NCBI GenBank assembly: GCA_965240325.2
Contig: OZ251223.1
Location: forward strand, 3,658,001-3,722,000
Source of the DNA: Rebecca billardiae RCC1528
Lineage: Eukaryota; Protista; Haptophyta
Reading direction: 5' to 3'
Length of the DNA stretch: 64,000 nt
The translations under genes and the position numbers were made by a program. Positions 23,089 to 34,938 of the stretch are shown one piece after another. The stretch's first letter is position 1. Each line of letters opens with the position of its first letter. The notes below the pieces were generated by a model, which ran no database searches, was not told the DNA's origin, and saw only the letters and a list, made by a program, of their open reading frames with translations.

Positions 23089-24390
23089 TCAGCGCACGCG
23101 CTGCTCACCCTTGGTCTCGACGCAGTCCTGCAGCCGACGCCGATAGGATTTGAACAGCGCCTGGATGAACTTCTTGTCGTTCCGTACCTCCTCGAACTTA
23201 GCCTTCACCACCTCCTCGAACTCCTTGAAGGTTGGCCGCTGCTTGCTCGGGTTGTCGGTGCACCACTTGTGCTTCCATGCGTTGAGAAGCTGCTCCACGC
23301 GCGCCCAGACATGCTCAATGAGCGACAAGTCGGCGCTGTTCGGCGGCCAGCTACGGCCCGGCTGACCCTCGGTCGACTTGGGGCCAAGGTGTCCCTCGGG
23401 GCCAAACCGCTCGTCGAGCCATTGGCGCACAGCCAGCGCCGTGTGGGGTGAGGCACTGTCCTGCTGGAAGATCATCTGGCTGATGAAGTTGCCGAAGAGC
23501 GCCTGGGCCTCCTTGTCCAGGAAAGGCAGCACGTCGTTCAGGTACTCCTTCCAGCACACGCCACGGCACTGCTTGCCGCGACCATTCTCATGCGTGCGGC
23601 CGTGAGTGCCCGTGGCAAAATAGAGCGGCGTGATGCCGCGAGAGCAGGCGCCGGCGTAGCCATGGATCACGCAGTCACCTGCCTGGACCTGGTTCAGCTT
23701 GCGCTTGGGCTCGTCACGCAGCGTCCACGACATCACCGTGCTCCGGTTCGTGACGTCGAACTTGAAGTACTTCGAGTCGGTGAAGAACAGCCTGTCAACC
23801 ATCGCCTTGACTCTCTGCAGCCACCGTGCGAACGCCACCCGCTTCTTCGCCTGCTGAGCCGTGATCTGCTTCCTCACCTTGAGCGGCTCCCAATCCATCT
23901 TCTTCCGCGCCGCGCGGCGTAGCGTCTCGTCGGAGACGTCGAGCGCGGACGCATCGAGCGATCCAGCACCGACGGCGCGGCACGCAGCCTTCCGCACACT
24001 CTGACCAGCCGGCCCGGCGCTGAGCTCGGACGTAAGCGCCGCCTGCGCCTTGGCACTGAGGCGTGGGCGTGGACCGCGCTTCGGCTTCCCGTCAGCATCG
24101 ATGTGCCAGCCCTCCGTGTGCCAGTCCATGAACCACTTCTTCATCGTCTTCTCGGTGACCTCGGCCGACCGCGCCGCCCTCTGGAAAGCTGAGGCCAACG
24201 GAGAGCCTTCATTGAGGCACAGCACGCACGCGCCGATCGCATGGTGAAACCTCTCCGCAGGGCCCAGGGCCTTCGGGTTGTAATCCAGAGCAATACACTC
24301 CCGCGATACCCGCCTGTTCGGAGCGTAGCCGACGCGGTGGGCGCCTTTGCGCCCGCGCCGATCTTTGGGCGCGGTCGGCGCGCGGCCCAT
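23089..24390 (-). CDS. IS630/Tc1/mariner-superfamily DDE transposase (433 aa), copy 2 (possibly an assembly duplicate)
   Basis: Translation identical to 17145-18446. Confidence 0.9.
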   Translation of the reverse strand: MGRAPTAPKDRRGRKGAHRVGYAPNRRVSRECIALDYNPKALGPAERFHHAIGACVLCLNEGSPLASAFQRAARSAEVTEKTMKKWFMDWHTEGWHIDADGKPKRGPRPRLSAKAQAALTSELSAGPAGQSVRKAACRAVGAGSLDASALDVSDETLRRAARKKMDWEPLKVRKQITAQQAKKRVAFARWLQRVKAMVDRLFFTDSKYFKFDVTNRSTVMSWTLRDEPKRKLNQVQAGDCVIHGYAGACSRGITPLYFATGTHGRTHENGRGKQCRGVCWKEYLNDVLPFLDKEAQALFGNFISQMIFQQDSASPHTALAVRQWLDERFGPEGHLGPKSTEGQPGRSWPPNSADLSLIEHVWARVEQLLNAWKHKWCTDNPSKQRPTFKEFEEVVKAKFEEVRNDKKFIQALFKSYRRRLQDCVETKGEQRVR

Positions 24391-24868
24391 CAGCCGCCGC
24401 CGGCTGCTTGGCCACGACCGAAGATGAGTGCACGTTACGTCCCGAGCCGCCCAAAGTTGATCTTACAGCTGACGAAGCGGTGTGGCCTCTATTCGAACTC
24501 GTTCCGTCCATGGCGAGCGCCCCAGCGACGCAGCCGCCGCGTGCGCTGGGGCCGCACGCCCTCGCGGATGTGCGCTGGGCACGAGCTCGGCGCCACGGGT
24601 TGAGCTCGTCGAGCTATGACAAGCGGCGTGGCGCAAGTCCAACCCAGTGGAGGCCCCAACTGCCGGCCCCGCCGCCGCGCGGGAGCGTCCGATTAACCTC
24701 AGCTGCTCTGCGCAAGATGTGGGCTCCTGTGCCCCACCAACTCGCCGGAGGCGGACGACGCGCTGGGATCGCTGCACGGCGGGAATATCCCCGACCCATG
24801 TGGACCGACGCCGGCCTCGCTCGCCGTCGCCCTCGCCCTCGTTCCGACTTTTCTACTACCTGCTCACT

Positions 24869-25662
24869 TAGGGACCCACAAATTTAGTTGCCGGCTGCAG
24901 CAGGCACGACTTTGTCTCAGCCCGCACGCCCGCTACGCGCCGACCCGGGCAGAGCCCATCCGCCCGCGCATGCACCAGGCCCAGCCGCGTCAGTACATAC
25001 CCACCCGGCCGCGGCACCCGCGCTCTGTGCGCCACGGTGTCGATGCGCCCGGCAGTCGGTGCGCATGCACGAGCCAGCCGGCGGGCAGCTACGGGCTGGT
25101 TTTCGGCGTGGAGCGCGGTCGTGTGAGCTGCATTAATTCAGCTGACCCCCGGCTTTTGTGCATTCGGGAGTCGTGCTGCTACGGTGGGCGTGCCACGCGC
25201 CAACTCGACGCTGGCAAAATTAGGCGACGAAAGTGCACGCGCAGCCACACGCAGCCCATATTGATGCTCTCGGAGCAGGCTCGGGCATGCACTCGATCGG
25301 CTCTGGCTGACGGCAGCGCCAAGCTGGCGGCGCGGCGCGAGGGTGCATGCGTGGCGTGGGCGGAGCTACGTCGCACACGCACCGCGCGGCGCGCGGCTCA
25401 GCGCACGGAGGCTGCCGACAGCCGGCGGCACGCAGGCAGGTCTGCTCGCCGCCAGTCGAGCTCGCCGGCCGCCGGGTACCAAACGTCAACCCAGGATGCA
25501 CAGCCACGCCTATTTGCGAGGACTCGAGCAATCGGGTCCGGGCGCACCTCATGTGCACGGCAGTGGAGTGGGCCAAGTACGCCCCTGGTATGGTGGCGCG
25601 CCGCTGCTTTGCTGCGCTGATATGGCGAACAATGTCGGGAGGCTTAAACTTGTGAGGGACTA
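24869..25662. repeat. Terminal direct repeat A, right copy (794 bp)
   Basis: Begins TAGGGACCCACAAATTTA, ends TAAACTTGTGAGGGACTA and is followed by TA. Confidence 0.92.
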
Positions 25663-25876
25663 TAATCACGCCTTAACCAAGTGTGCACGTTAAATCATAG
25701 TACAGTTTATTCCTTTACGTTTTGAAAAGGCTTTCGACCGTGTCTTGGAGTGTCACGTGCTCACGGCCAGGAGTCACGACCGCGACCGCCATCGTCGCCA
25801 CGTTGCCCGGGCGGCCCTGGGCACACGCGATCGCACTCGTCGCGTGCACATGCGCGATCGACACGGCGCTGGCGAC

Positions 25877-28439
25877 ATGCGCGAGAAGAAGGAGAAGAAA
25901 TCGGGGCTGAAGCGTGCACGACGCGCTTCAGAGCGCTCGGATGAGGACGGAGAGGACGGCGGGCGCCCTGACGCCGCGGTCGATGGCGCTGGCGCGCGGC
26001 CACGGCAGCCGGTCGGTACAGCCGTGGCAGTGCACTCGGCAGCAGCTCGGGATCGCGCCGAGGCCGCCGACGAGCCCGCCGCGGCGGAGGTCGATGCGGC
26101 GGCGGAGGAGTCGGACTCGGACGACGATGGCGTGCGCAACACGATCGGCGACGTGCCGATCGAGTGGTACGACGACTACGACCACATCGGGTACACACTC
26201 GACGGGAAGCGCTTTGCGCGCCCGCCGCAGCGCGACGAGCTGGACGCGCTGATCGAGCGGTACGACAAGGGCTCGGCGCGCACGGTGTACGACGCGTTGC
26301 ATGGCGAGTACGTCACGCTCACCGACGACGACGTCAACCTCATCCGGCGCATCCAGGCCGGGCAGTACCCGGACCCGCACTTTGATCCGTTCCCTGCGCC
26401 GGTCGAGCTGGCGCCCGTGCAGACTGAGCCGATGTGGAGCCGTCCGGCGCCCAAGTCGCGCTTCCTGCCGTCGAAGTGGGAGCGGAAGCGCGTCGTCCGC
26501 CTCGTGCGCGCGATGCGCTCCGAGGCGTACCAAAAGTCCATCGCCGCGCAGCGCGCGCAGAAGGAGGCGCAGCGGCCCGACTACAACTACGCGATCTGGG
26601 ACGAGACGCTCGAGGACCTGACGCGCGAGCAGCGGCGGATGCACAAGCGGCTGCTGGCGCCGAAGCTGCCGCCGCCGACGAACGCCGAGTCGTACAACCC
26701 GCCGGCGGAGTACCTCTTCACGCCCGAGGAGGAGGAGGAGTGGCGCAACACCGACCCGTCCGACCGCACGCTCGGGTTTGTGCCGCGCAAGTTCGACTCC
26801 CTCCGGCGCGTGCCCGCGTACGAGCAGCTGGCGAGCGAGCGGTTCCAGCGCTGCCTCGACCTGTACCTGTGCCCGCGCACGCAGCGCACGCGGCTGCAGA
26901 TCGAGCCGGACTCGCTGCTGCCGCAGCTCCCCGACCTCTCGCAGCTCGAGCCCTACCCGAAGCGGCTCACCACGACGTACCGCGGGCACGAGGGCCGCGT
27001 GCGCACGCTCTCGGTGCACCCGGCGGGCGAGTGGCTCGCGTCGGGCGGCGACGACGGCACCGTGCGGCTGTGGGAGGTGGCGACGGGGCGGTGCGTGGGC
27101 GAGTGGGCGCTCGCGCGCGCGGCCGACGCGGCCGACGTCGACGCCGGCGCTGCCGACGCGCCCGATGCCATCCACCGCGTCGCCTTCGCCCCGGACTCTG
27201 CGCGCTACCTGCTGGCCGTCTCGGTCGGATCGCGCGTGCTGCTGCTGTCGGCGGCCGGCCTCGCGCCCGCGCGCGCGGGGATGGACGCGGCCGCGGACGA
27301 CGCGGCGGTGGGCGAGGCGCCGGCGGCGGCCGGGCCGAGCGTGCTCGCGTGGCGGCACGAGTCGGTGCCCACGCCGCGCCTGCGCGTCGGGCGCGCCGGG
27401 GCCAACGGCCAGGGGGCGGCCGGCGGCGGCACGACCCACGCGCTGTGCATTCCGCACGCCAAGCCGGCGCGCGTGCTCGCCTGGCACCCCCGGTGCGACT
27501 ACCTCGCGACGGTGGTGCCAGAGGGCGGCGCGAAGGCCGTGCTGCTCTCGCAGGTCTCGCGCCGCGTGACGCAGCAGCCGTTCGGCAAGAGCAAGGGACG
27601 CGTCGAGTCAGGTGCGCGCGCCGCGCCCGAGCCCCGTCCTGGAGAGCACTGCAGAGCGGGGAGCGGATGAATCACGCTTCACACACACGCGCGCGCGCAC
27701 ACACACGCACGCACACGCGCCGCGCGATCGCGCGCGCCGCTCGGCCTCGCGCGCGCGCCTGGCCCTGACGGTGCCGCCCCCGCTCCGCGCCCTCGCGCGT
27801 CGCGCGTGCGCAGTGCTCTTCCACCCGAGCAAGCCGCACCTCTTCGTCGCGACGCAGCGGCAGGTGCGGCTGTACGACTTGGTCAAGCAGCAGCTGATCA
27901 AGAAGCTGAGCGTTGGCGTGCAGTGGGTGTCGACGATGGCGCTGCACCCGGGCGGGGACAACCTGCTGGTCGGCTCGTACGACAAGCGCGTCGCCTGGTT
28001 CGACCTCGACCTCTCGACCACGCCGTACAAAACGCTGCGGTGCGGGCGCGCGCGAGACGCAACGAGCCCAGCGCCGCGCCCCCGCGGCGTGCTCGGCTGA
28101 GATGCGCGCCCGCGACTTATGGCTCCCGCGCGCTGCGCCCACGCCGTCCCGCGCTGCGCACACGTCCTCGTCAGGCCGCACACGCTCGCAGTGCGCGCGG
28201 TCGCGTTCCACCCCACTCTGCCGCTCTTCGCCTCCTCGTCGGACGACCTCGGCGTGCAGGTGTACCACGGGCAGGTCTTCAACGACCTCGACTCGAACGC
28301 GATGCTCGTGCCGCTCAAGCGCATCGAGGCGCACCAGAGCTCGGCCTCGGGCCTGGGCGCCCTCGATTGCGCGTTCCACCCGCATCAGCCGTGGCTCTTC
28401 AGCTGCGGCGCAGATGGGACTGTGCGACTGTACACATAA
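25877..28439 (+). CDS. BOP1: Ribosome biogenesis protein BOP1/ERB1; join(25877..27611,27814..28039,28175..28439)
   Basis: [54 protein letters not shown] and WD40 repeats. Two GT-AG introns keep frame. Alternative start at 25850. Confidence 0.93.
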
Positions 28440-28805
28440 CTCATAAACTGGATCTAGCTGGCAGCAGACGCCAGCAGAGACTGTGTCAGAGCCGTAATCC
28501 GTATCCCGGTTAATGAGACTGATGATCGAGTCATCAGCAATGACAATCATCATTCGTAAATATGACGACGACGACATCAGCATAATACTTCGTCCTAATT
28601 AAATGTTACCGGTACCATCAATATATGCCGATGAGTCAATTATTATTATGAGTGAGCCCGCGCGCCAGGCTGACCAGGGCCGCGCGCCTGCGTAGTTAGC
28701 CTGCGGCCGAACCAGATCACACTTCACTGATGAACTACCTGACGACTGACTGCCGCGCTGACCGGGCAGGAACTAATATAACGACTTGCCTCGGCTAGTT
28801 ACTCT

Positions 28806-28840
28806 AGAGAGAGAGAGGGAGAGAGAGAGAGAGAGAGAGA
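28806..28840. repeat. (GA)n microsatellite
   Basis: Near-perfect GA run. Confidence 0.85.
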
Positions 28841-29706
28841 TCGAGTGTTTATACGTTAGTCATCAATAATCGTAGTCGCTGTCGAGTCACGACCTCGCGG
28901 CCCTCGGTCGCGCGGGTCGGAACTTAGTAGTCGGAACTGACCGATCACGGTCACTGGATCATCAGCCATCAGCTGCTAGTTCAGTAGCTACTAGTACTAG
29001 GCACTAGCTAGGCGCGGGGTCATCCATAACTGGCATAAGGCCCGACCGACTAGCTAGCCCACCAAACTCACATCAGTCACTCACAGTGATCAGATGTTGA
29101 CTATGACGCGGCTCTCGGACTCGGTCTCGGACAGTGCGCGTGCATTAAGGTCTTGCCGAAGCGCGCAGTCGTCTGCTTCAGTGATTGACGATTGAGTGTC
29201 TGACGGTGCCGATATGCATGCGCCCAATGGCACTCTGACGCGGGCGTCCTTGAACTCTCCAACTCCAACTTCCAAGGCCCGGAAGGCCAGATCGCCCCCG
29301 CGGTCGCGGGACTCCGGACTGCGCGCCCGTCCCCGACCCCGTGCCAGGGGTGGGTGGTTTGGGCATCAGTTGAGGCCACCCATAACTAGCCGCCCATCCC
29401 CGCCCATATTCAAATACAGTCAAGTGCGGAGTGCTGAATACTGCATCCGCCGACTCAAATACTCATTGATGAGTGATTTCAGTGAAGCGTGGTGCCCACA
29501 GCAGGCCACAGCTCGCCGCCGGGGCAGCCGTGCTCGGGCTCTCCTTGTTTGCCAGTGCCTGGCGGCAGGCGATGCGATGAGATGAATCGCCACCTCTTCT
29601 CACGCGCAAGACCTGGCGTGAAACCTGGGCTGCTTGCACGGGAACGTGGCCTTCCATGATGGGCGCTCATGCCGATTGTGTGCTGCGCCGCCAGGGACAC
29701 GCGACG

Positions 29707-30087
29707 TCAACTCGACGGTGGGTCCTTCTTGTATGTGTTGGCATATGCGTACACGACGTAGTTGCTGATCGCGCGCATCGCCGCCTCCTTCTGCTCGACG
29801 ATCTTTGCCGGGTCCTTCTCGCCCGCGTTCTTCCGAAACTCCGCTCGTGCGATCGCCCGCATGGCGTCACCCTTGGCACTGCGTGCCGCAATGTGGTACG
29901 TCAGCCGCATCACGTCGCGGTAAAGGCGCTTCGTCGGCGGCTGCTGAGCCGCCCGTGTGGCGAGGTCGTCGTCTGTCGATGCGTCGCTTGTGCTCAGACG
30001 TCGCGATAACGCGCCCACCGCGTGCCGCTGAGCAGCAGAGAGCGCTCTCCGACACGTGGTCCACGATCGGTATGGTTGGAGTGCCAT
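29707..30087 (-). CDS. LYR-motif (Complex1_LYR) mitochondrial protein
   Basis: Arg/Ser-rich presequence-like N-terminus followed by KRLYRDVMR.....IARAEFRKN..EKDP.KI. Confidence 0.8.
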   Translation of the reverse strand: MALQPYRSWTTCRRALSAAQRHAVGALSRRLSTSDASTDDDLATRAAQQPPTKRLYRDVMRLTYHIAARSAKGDAMRAIARAEFRKNAGEKDPAKIVEQKEAAMRAISNYVVYAYANTYKKDPPSS

Positions 30088-30233
30088 CGTGACGCGGTGC
30101 TGATTATTTTCGGCGCGCATTTTGAAAATAATCCCGACGCGAAATGACGCCGCCGGCTGGCCTCGTGCCTTCCCGCGCGACCGTCCAGGAGACGAAGCAG
30201 CGGTGCCAGCCGACCCGGCGCGGGCAGGTAGCG

Positions 30234-31199
30234 ATGGGGTACCTGCTCGGCGTGTGCCTTACGGCCATGTGCTCGAGCGCGCAGGCGCTCGCCCATGGGC
30301 CCATCGTGCGCTCGCGCTGGCCGGTGGCACTGTGCACGCATCCGGCCGCCGCATGCCGCGTGCAGCCTACGCTTATGCTGGCCGACAGGCCCCCATCGAA
30401 CGCTGGGGCTCGCGCACCGAGGCGAGCTCCACGTGGACAGTCCTCCTCGCGCGCGGGCTCGGGCGCGCCGGCCGCAGGGCGTGCCCCGCGTCGCGGGCGC
30501 CCACCGCGGGCGGCCGGCCCTGGGGCAGCTGGGCGAGGCCGGAGGCGACAGGACCAAAGGGTACGGGAGCCCGAGTTCTCGGTGACGGCGGACACGCTGC
30601 CCTCGAATCTGAGCTACGTCCCCGAGAGCGAGATGAACGCCCTCTTCAGAGAGGCCGCGCTGCGTGCTGGGCACGACGAGCAAACGGCGGCTGTGCTCAC
30701 ACGTGCGCGCACGCGCTGTGCGCATCGCATTGGCGCGCGGCACCACCACACGCGGCTCACCGTCCGCCATCGTCCGTGCGCCTGGATCCGCGGTGCAGGC
30801 TGCGCGCTCAACATGTACTCGCTCGGCTGCGGCTACCACCCCTCCGTGATGAAGCGCATCGGCGCGGTGCTGGAGCCACACGTGGGCTCGTCCGAGCGCT
30901 GGGCAGTTGTGCTCTGGAAGGTGCGCGGGATCGGAGGCCGCGGGGCGTGGGCGGGCTGCGGGGGGGCGGGGGCGGTGGGCACGGCGCTCACGCGTGTCTG
31001 GAGCATGCGGCGGGACTGACGCACCCGCTCCACGCCGCGCCCTGCTCAGGTCATCCAGCGCGAGCTGCCCAAGCTGCGCGGCAACTGCCTTCCCATCGTG
31101 CCAGTCGGCGCGGGCCTCGGCGGCGAGGCGGATGGCTCGGCGCCCTCGCCTGCCGCGGTCAAGCCTGACGCGGCGGAGGAGAACCAGGCCAATGCATAG
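30234..31199 (+). CDS. Hypothetical protein with signal peptide; join(30234..30702,30799..30920,31050..31199)
   Basis: Hydrophobic N-terminus. Two GTGCGC...CAG introns of the style seen elsewhere in the window keep frame. No family recognised. Confidence 0.55.
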
Positions 31200-31928
31200 G
31201 CGCTCGCAGCGCCGACGGAGCGCAATGCGGCTCTGGCGGGAGATCCGCGGGCCGTGTGCTCTGCAGGCTGTGTCGTGCATACATTGCGCGGAGCGGAGGC
31301 CAAAGACTCATGGATCCATTGCATTGGCCATGCATCATTATGATGCATTGAGGCTCCCAACGCCCCGCGCTGCCTGCCAACGCCCGCCTCAGGGTGACCA
31401 CGACCTCGGGGCGGGCAACCGCGTGGCGGCCGATGGCCACGTCGTGATCATGCTCCTCCCACGCAGTCTGCTCTGGCTCCGCGCATTATAATATTACTGC
31501 GCCGGCGCCGACAGACTGCGGCATAAGACAGGCGTCACACTCGTAACTCACAGTCACACTCGGCGTGACAGCGTCAGCGTCGCCGGTCTCGCCGGACATC
31601 GTCACTCGGTCGTCAGGCTTTGAGACTGATGAGGACATCGTCGTCCGAAAAAGATGTGTTGTCTGCCATCGTCACTCATCACCGGCACTAACCGTCGAAC
31701 ACGGTCGACCGTCGACTCGGTCGAGTGTGGCAGTACCGTGATGCCGTGACGTCGTCGATCGCAGCCGGTACCGGGTGTCGTGAGGAGACGGGTTCGTCAC
31801 TTCGTCGACGAAATGTCAAATGTGCGCCTCGCGAGCGTTGGCCCCTCGCCCCGGCCGGGCTGCACCGGAGACCATCACTGCAAGGCGGCCGGCCGCGCGC
31901 GGGAAAACCTCGGCGCCCTCCAATCGCG

Positions 31929-33602
31929 ATGCGTGCCACGCCGTCGGCGCTCGCGGTCATTGCCTGGCTCGCCGTGAGGGCGCGGGGCGTGGCGGTGCCC
32001 GTCCGTAGCCCTAGATCCTCGCCCGCTCGCGGTCCCAGATCCTCGTACCAGAGCTTCGACTGGCGCGCGCAGTGGTACCCTGTTGCGTGGGCGCGCGACT
32101 GCCCGGCAGACGCGCCCTTCAAGGCGACGCTGCTGGACGAGGACTACGCCGTGGTGCTCCGGAGCGGCGGGGACGCTTTTGCCGTGCGCGACCGCTGCCC
32201 CCATCGGCTGGCGGCGCTCTCCGAAGGGCGCCTGACTGCGCAGGGTTGGCTCCAATGCTCGTACCACGGCTTTGCATTCGACGGCAACACAGGCGCATGC
32301 AGGGCGATCCCACAGCTGCCGGGCGCACCCTCGGCCAAGGGCATGTGCGCGGACGCCGTTGCCTGCGCGCTCGTGGACGGGCTGGTGTGGATCAACCCGA
32401 GTGCCGACCCGGCGCGGCCGCCGCCCGTCCCGTGTGACGTGCCCGAGCTGCGAGACCCGTCCTTCTCCGTCACACAGACGGTGCGCGACATTCCGGTCGA
32501 CTACACGCTGCTGAGCGAGAACATCATGTGCGCCGACCACGGCAAGTGGTGCCACCACCTGGCGGCGTTTGACATGTACGCCGCCACGTCAAAGCGGCCG
32601 CAGCACGTATGCGTGGAGGAGCGGCCTCGGCTCTCATTCACCGCGCGCGTCGACGCACAGCTCGGTGGCTCGGCAGGCGCGGGCACGGCGAGCGCACCCG
32701 CGCTGACGGCACAGACACGCTTCACGCCGCCGTGTGCCATCGTCACGGGCCGTCGCGACGGTGCAGGGCGCGCGGCGTTTGTGCAGGCCTTCTTCGTCGT
32801 GCCCGTGGGAGTCGGGCGCAGCCGACTGATCAGCGCGCAGCTGGCGCATGGCGGTGGGGCCGCCGCGCCGCGCGTGCCACCTTGGCGGCCGCGGCGGTGG
32901 CTTCAGCAGCACGCGCTCTCGCGCCGCTGGGTGCGCCAGTGCCTCCAGAACGACTTTCTCGACGAGGACTCTTACCTCATTGCTACGCAGCAGCCCGCCG
33001 TTCTCTCGGCCGAGCTCGGCGCGCGCGAGGCGCAGTTGGCTGCCAGCGCGCACGGCGCTGCACAGGCTACCCCGATCGGCGCGGCGGAAGCAGCCGAGCA
33101 CATTGAAGCAGCGGTGGGCACGAGCAGCGGTGGGCATGGGCCGACGTTCAGGCGGCGCCAGCTCTTCAAGTACCGCACGCCCTCAGAGCCGCTCCTCATC
33201 GAGATCGGCCGCTTCTTCGACGACGCGGTGCCGCGCATGCCGAATCGCTACGCGAGGCCGGAGATCATGCGCGCGCCGTGCCCGCCGCGCGAGCGGGTCC
33301 TCGACCGGTGGGCGCAGCACACTGCCATCTGCCCCGAGTCCCGAGCCGTTGCGGTGCGTGCGGACGCGACGGCCTCGATGTGCCGCGGGCTTCTCGGCGC
33401 ATGTGCCATGGTACTCGCGACGACACGCGCGCGCATCGGGCTGCGGGCCATCGCCGTGGCTGCCCTTCTCGCAAGCGGTTGGTGGCGTGCCGCACGCGTG
33501 CGCGCACGCTTTGGCTTCGTGCACACCGAGGCCCGGCACCGCGAGCATGTGGACCGCATCGCAACGGTCTTCCCCGACGAGCGGCTCACGGACCCTGCAT
33601 GA
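31929..33602 (+). CDS. Rieske [2Fe-2S] oxygenase, pheophorbide a oxygenase/TIC55-like
   Basis: FDW..QWYPV, DRCPHRLAALSEGR, LQCSYHGFAFDG, ENIMCADH....HH and LDRW.QHT..CP. Confidence 0.88.
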   Translation: MRATPSALAVIAWLAVRARGVAVPVRSPRSSPARGPRSSYQSFDWRAQWYPVAWARDCPADAPFKATLLDEDYAVVLRSGGDAFAVRDRCPHRLAALSEGRLTAQGWLQCSYHGFAFDGNTGACRAIPQLPGAPSAKGMCADAVACALVDGLVWINPSADPARPPPVPCDVPELRDPSFSVTQTVRDIPVDYTLLSENIMCADHGKWCHHLAAFDMYAATSKRPQHVCVEERPRLSFTARVDAQLGGSAGAGTASAPALTAQTRFTPPCAIVTGRRDGAGRAAFVQAFFVVPVGVGRSRLISAQLAHGGGAAAPRVPPWRPRRWLQQHALSRRWVRQCLQNDFLDEDSYLIATQQPAVLSAELGAREAQLAASAHGAAQATPIGAAEAAEHIEAAVGTSSGGHGPTFRRRQLFKYRTPSEPLLIEIGRFFDDAVPRMPNRYARPEIMRAPCPPRERVLDRWAQHTAICPESRAVAVRADATASMCRGLLGACAMVLATTRARIGLRAIAVAALLASGWWRAARVRARFGFVHTEARHREHVDRIATVFPDERLTDPA

Positions 33603-34116
33603 CAGCATGCCTGCGGGCATCATGGTGACCAAAGGGCTCCCGTCTGCCGGCCGCGGGCCGCTGGGCGTGACCCGCTCGGCGCCGCGGGCCCGGGGCCCCG
33701 GCGCCGGCGGCGCCCCAGTGGCAGTGGGGCCGCAGTGGCCAGTCCGTCTGTCCCGGTCCGCGCCGTGGCCGCGCCAGCGGACGACGGCGTCTGAGACGAG
33801 AATCAATCGGACGACACTGGTGAGAGCATCACTGAGCAGAGCAGTGAAAATACTATCGTCAGATTCGGATGCAGTCCCGGGACGGTTAGAAGCGTCGGGC
33901 CGGTCGATGCAGGCGATGGACTGCCGGGAGTACCCGCGGATCGCATTCCGAGACTCGCGACACCGGCACCGTGCTTGCAGATGCGTCGGAGGTCCGGGCC
34001 TGAGTCGAGATGTGCTGGTTGGTCTGCTGAACGCCTCCGCAGTGATGGGCTCGAGTCGCCTAACCGTGGCACGTCGATCCCATGCCCAGATGTCCGCAGC
34101 CGTACGGTCGGAAGGG

Positions 34117-34428
34117 TTAGGGCACGGCCATGGACGGCTGCAGGGAGGGGAAGCCGAGCTGAGTCGACTTTGCGCTGGCGGCGAGCTCGGACATTCTGAT
34201 GAGCGCGGTATCTCGGCTCTGCGCCGCGCGCTTGCGGTCAGCCATCGCCTGCTCGCGCACCGAGTCGTCCTCCGCCATGACCCGTTGGTCGCACTCGAGG
34301 ACCACGGCTTCGTATACAGCGATGGCCTTCGTCACAAAGTCGAGGCGCTTCTGCACGGCGAGGTCCTCGTGCGTAGACAGCTGCATGTGCGCATGCCCTG
34401 CGCTCAGCGCCGCCTGGATGTTGATCAT
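34117..34428 (-). other. Possible short ORF or gene remnant (helical, ~103 aa)
   Basis: Protein-like composition unlike the surrounding shadow ORFs. No recognisable motif. Confidence 0.25.
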
Positions 34429-34938
34429 GTCTTGCTCGCGTGTGTTGGCGCAAGGTTGAGGGAGATCCGTGGGCGAGATGAGGCGGCAACCTGTTGTGAA
34501 CGCGAGGCAGCGGCCTTGCGCGGCCGACGACGAGCGACGAGCTTTTTAGAGTGGTGCACATCCATCCGGTCATCAACACGGCCCTGAACCGGTACGAATG
34601 GCGAATGCCTGGGAAGTGAAGCGGTATGGGTATTTCTGCACACCGCCGTGGGTGAACTTTTAACCACAGCAACCTCACCAGATTTTCAAATGGTCATCAA
34701 CCATTCCAAGATCATAATATGGCGATCAGGCTTCGGGATTCAAAGTGAGCTACCCACGTCGATATGAGTATCGCAAATGCTTGAGGAAAACCGTTCGCTC
34801 CCACCTTTGATTATTGAAATCTTTGATTATTGAAAACGTTTGGGCCAAAACGTTTCGCCATTCGCCGATTCTCAATTCGTGAAATTGTATTATTTTAAAA
34901 ATAGACGCGGGGAAGCAGATTATTCGCGCGCGATCAGC

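Larger units (their letters stand above)
12464..25662 (-). mobile_element. Composite IS630/Tc1-type element with 794-bp long terminal direct repeats (A-B-A; assembled as A-B-gap-A'-B-A)
   Basis: TA at 12462-12463 and 25663-25664. Termini are TAGGGACCCACAAATTTA ... TAAACTTGTGAGGGACTA. Terminal blocks 12464-13257 and 24869-25662 look identical. Contains a DDE transposase and a tandem array. Confidence 0.85.

Noticed and set aside
12464-25662. LTR retrotransposon or DIRS element
   Set aside because: No gag, RT, RNase H or tyrosine recombinase, no TG...CA termini and no 4-6 bp TSD. The only enzyme is a Tc1-type transposase.
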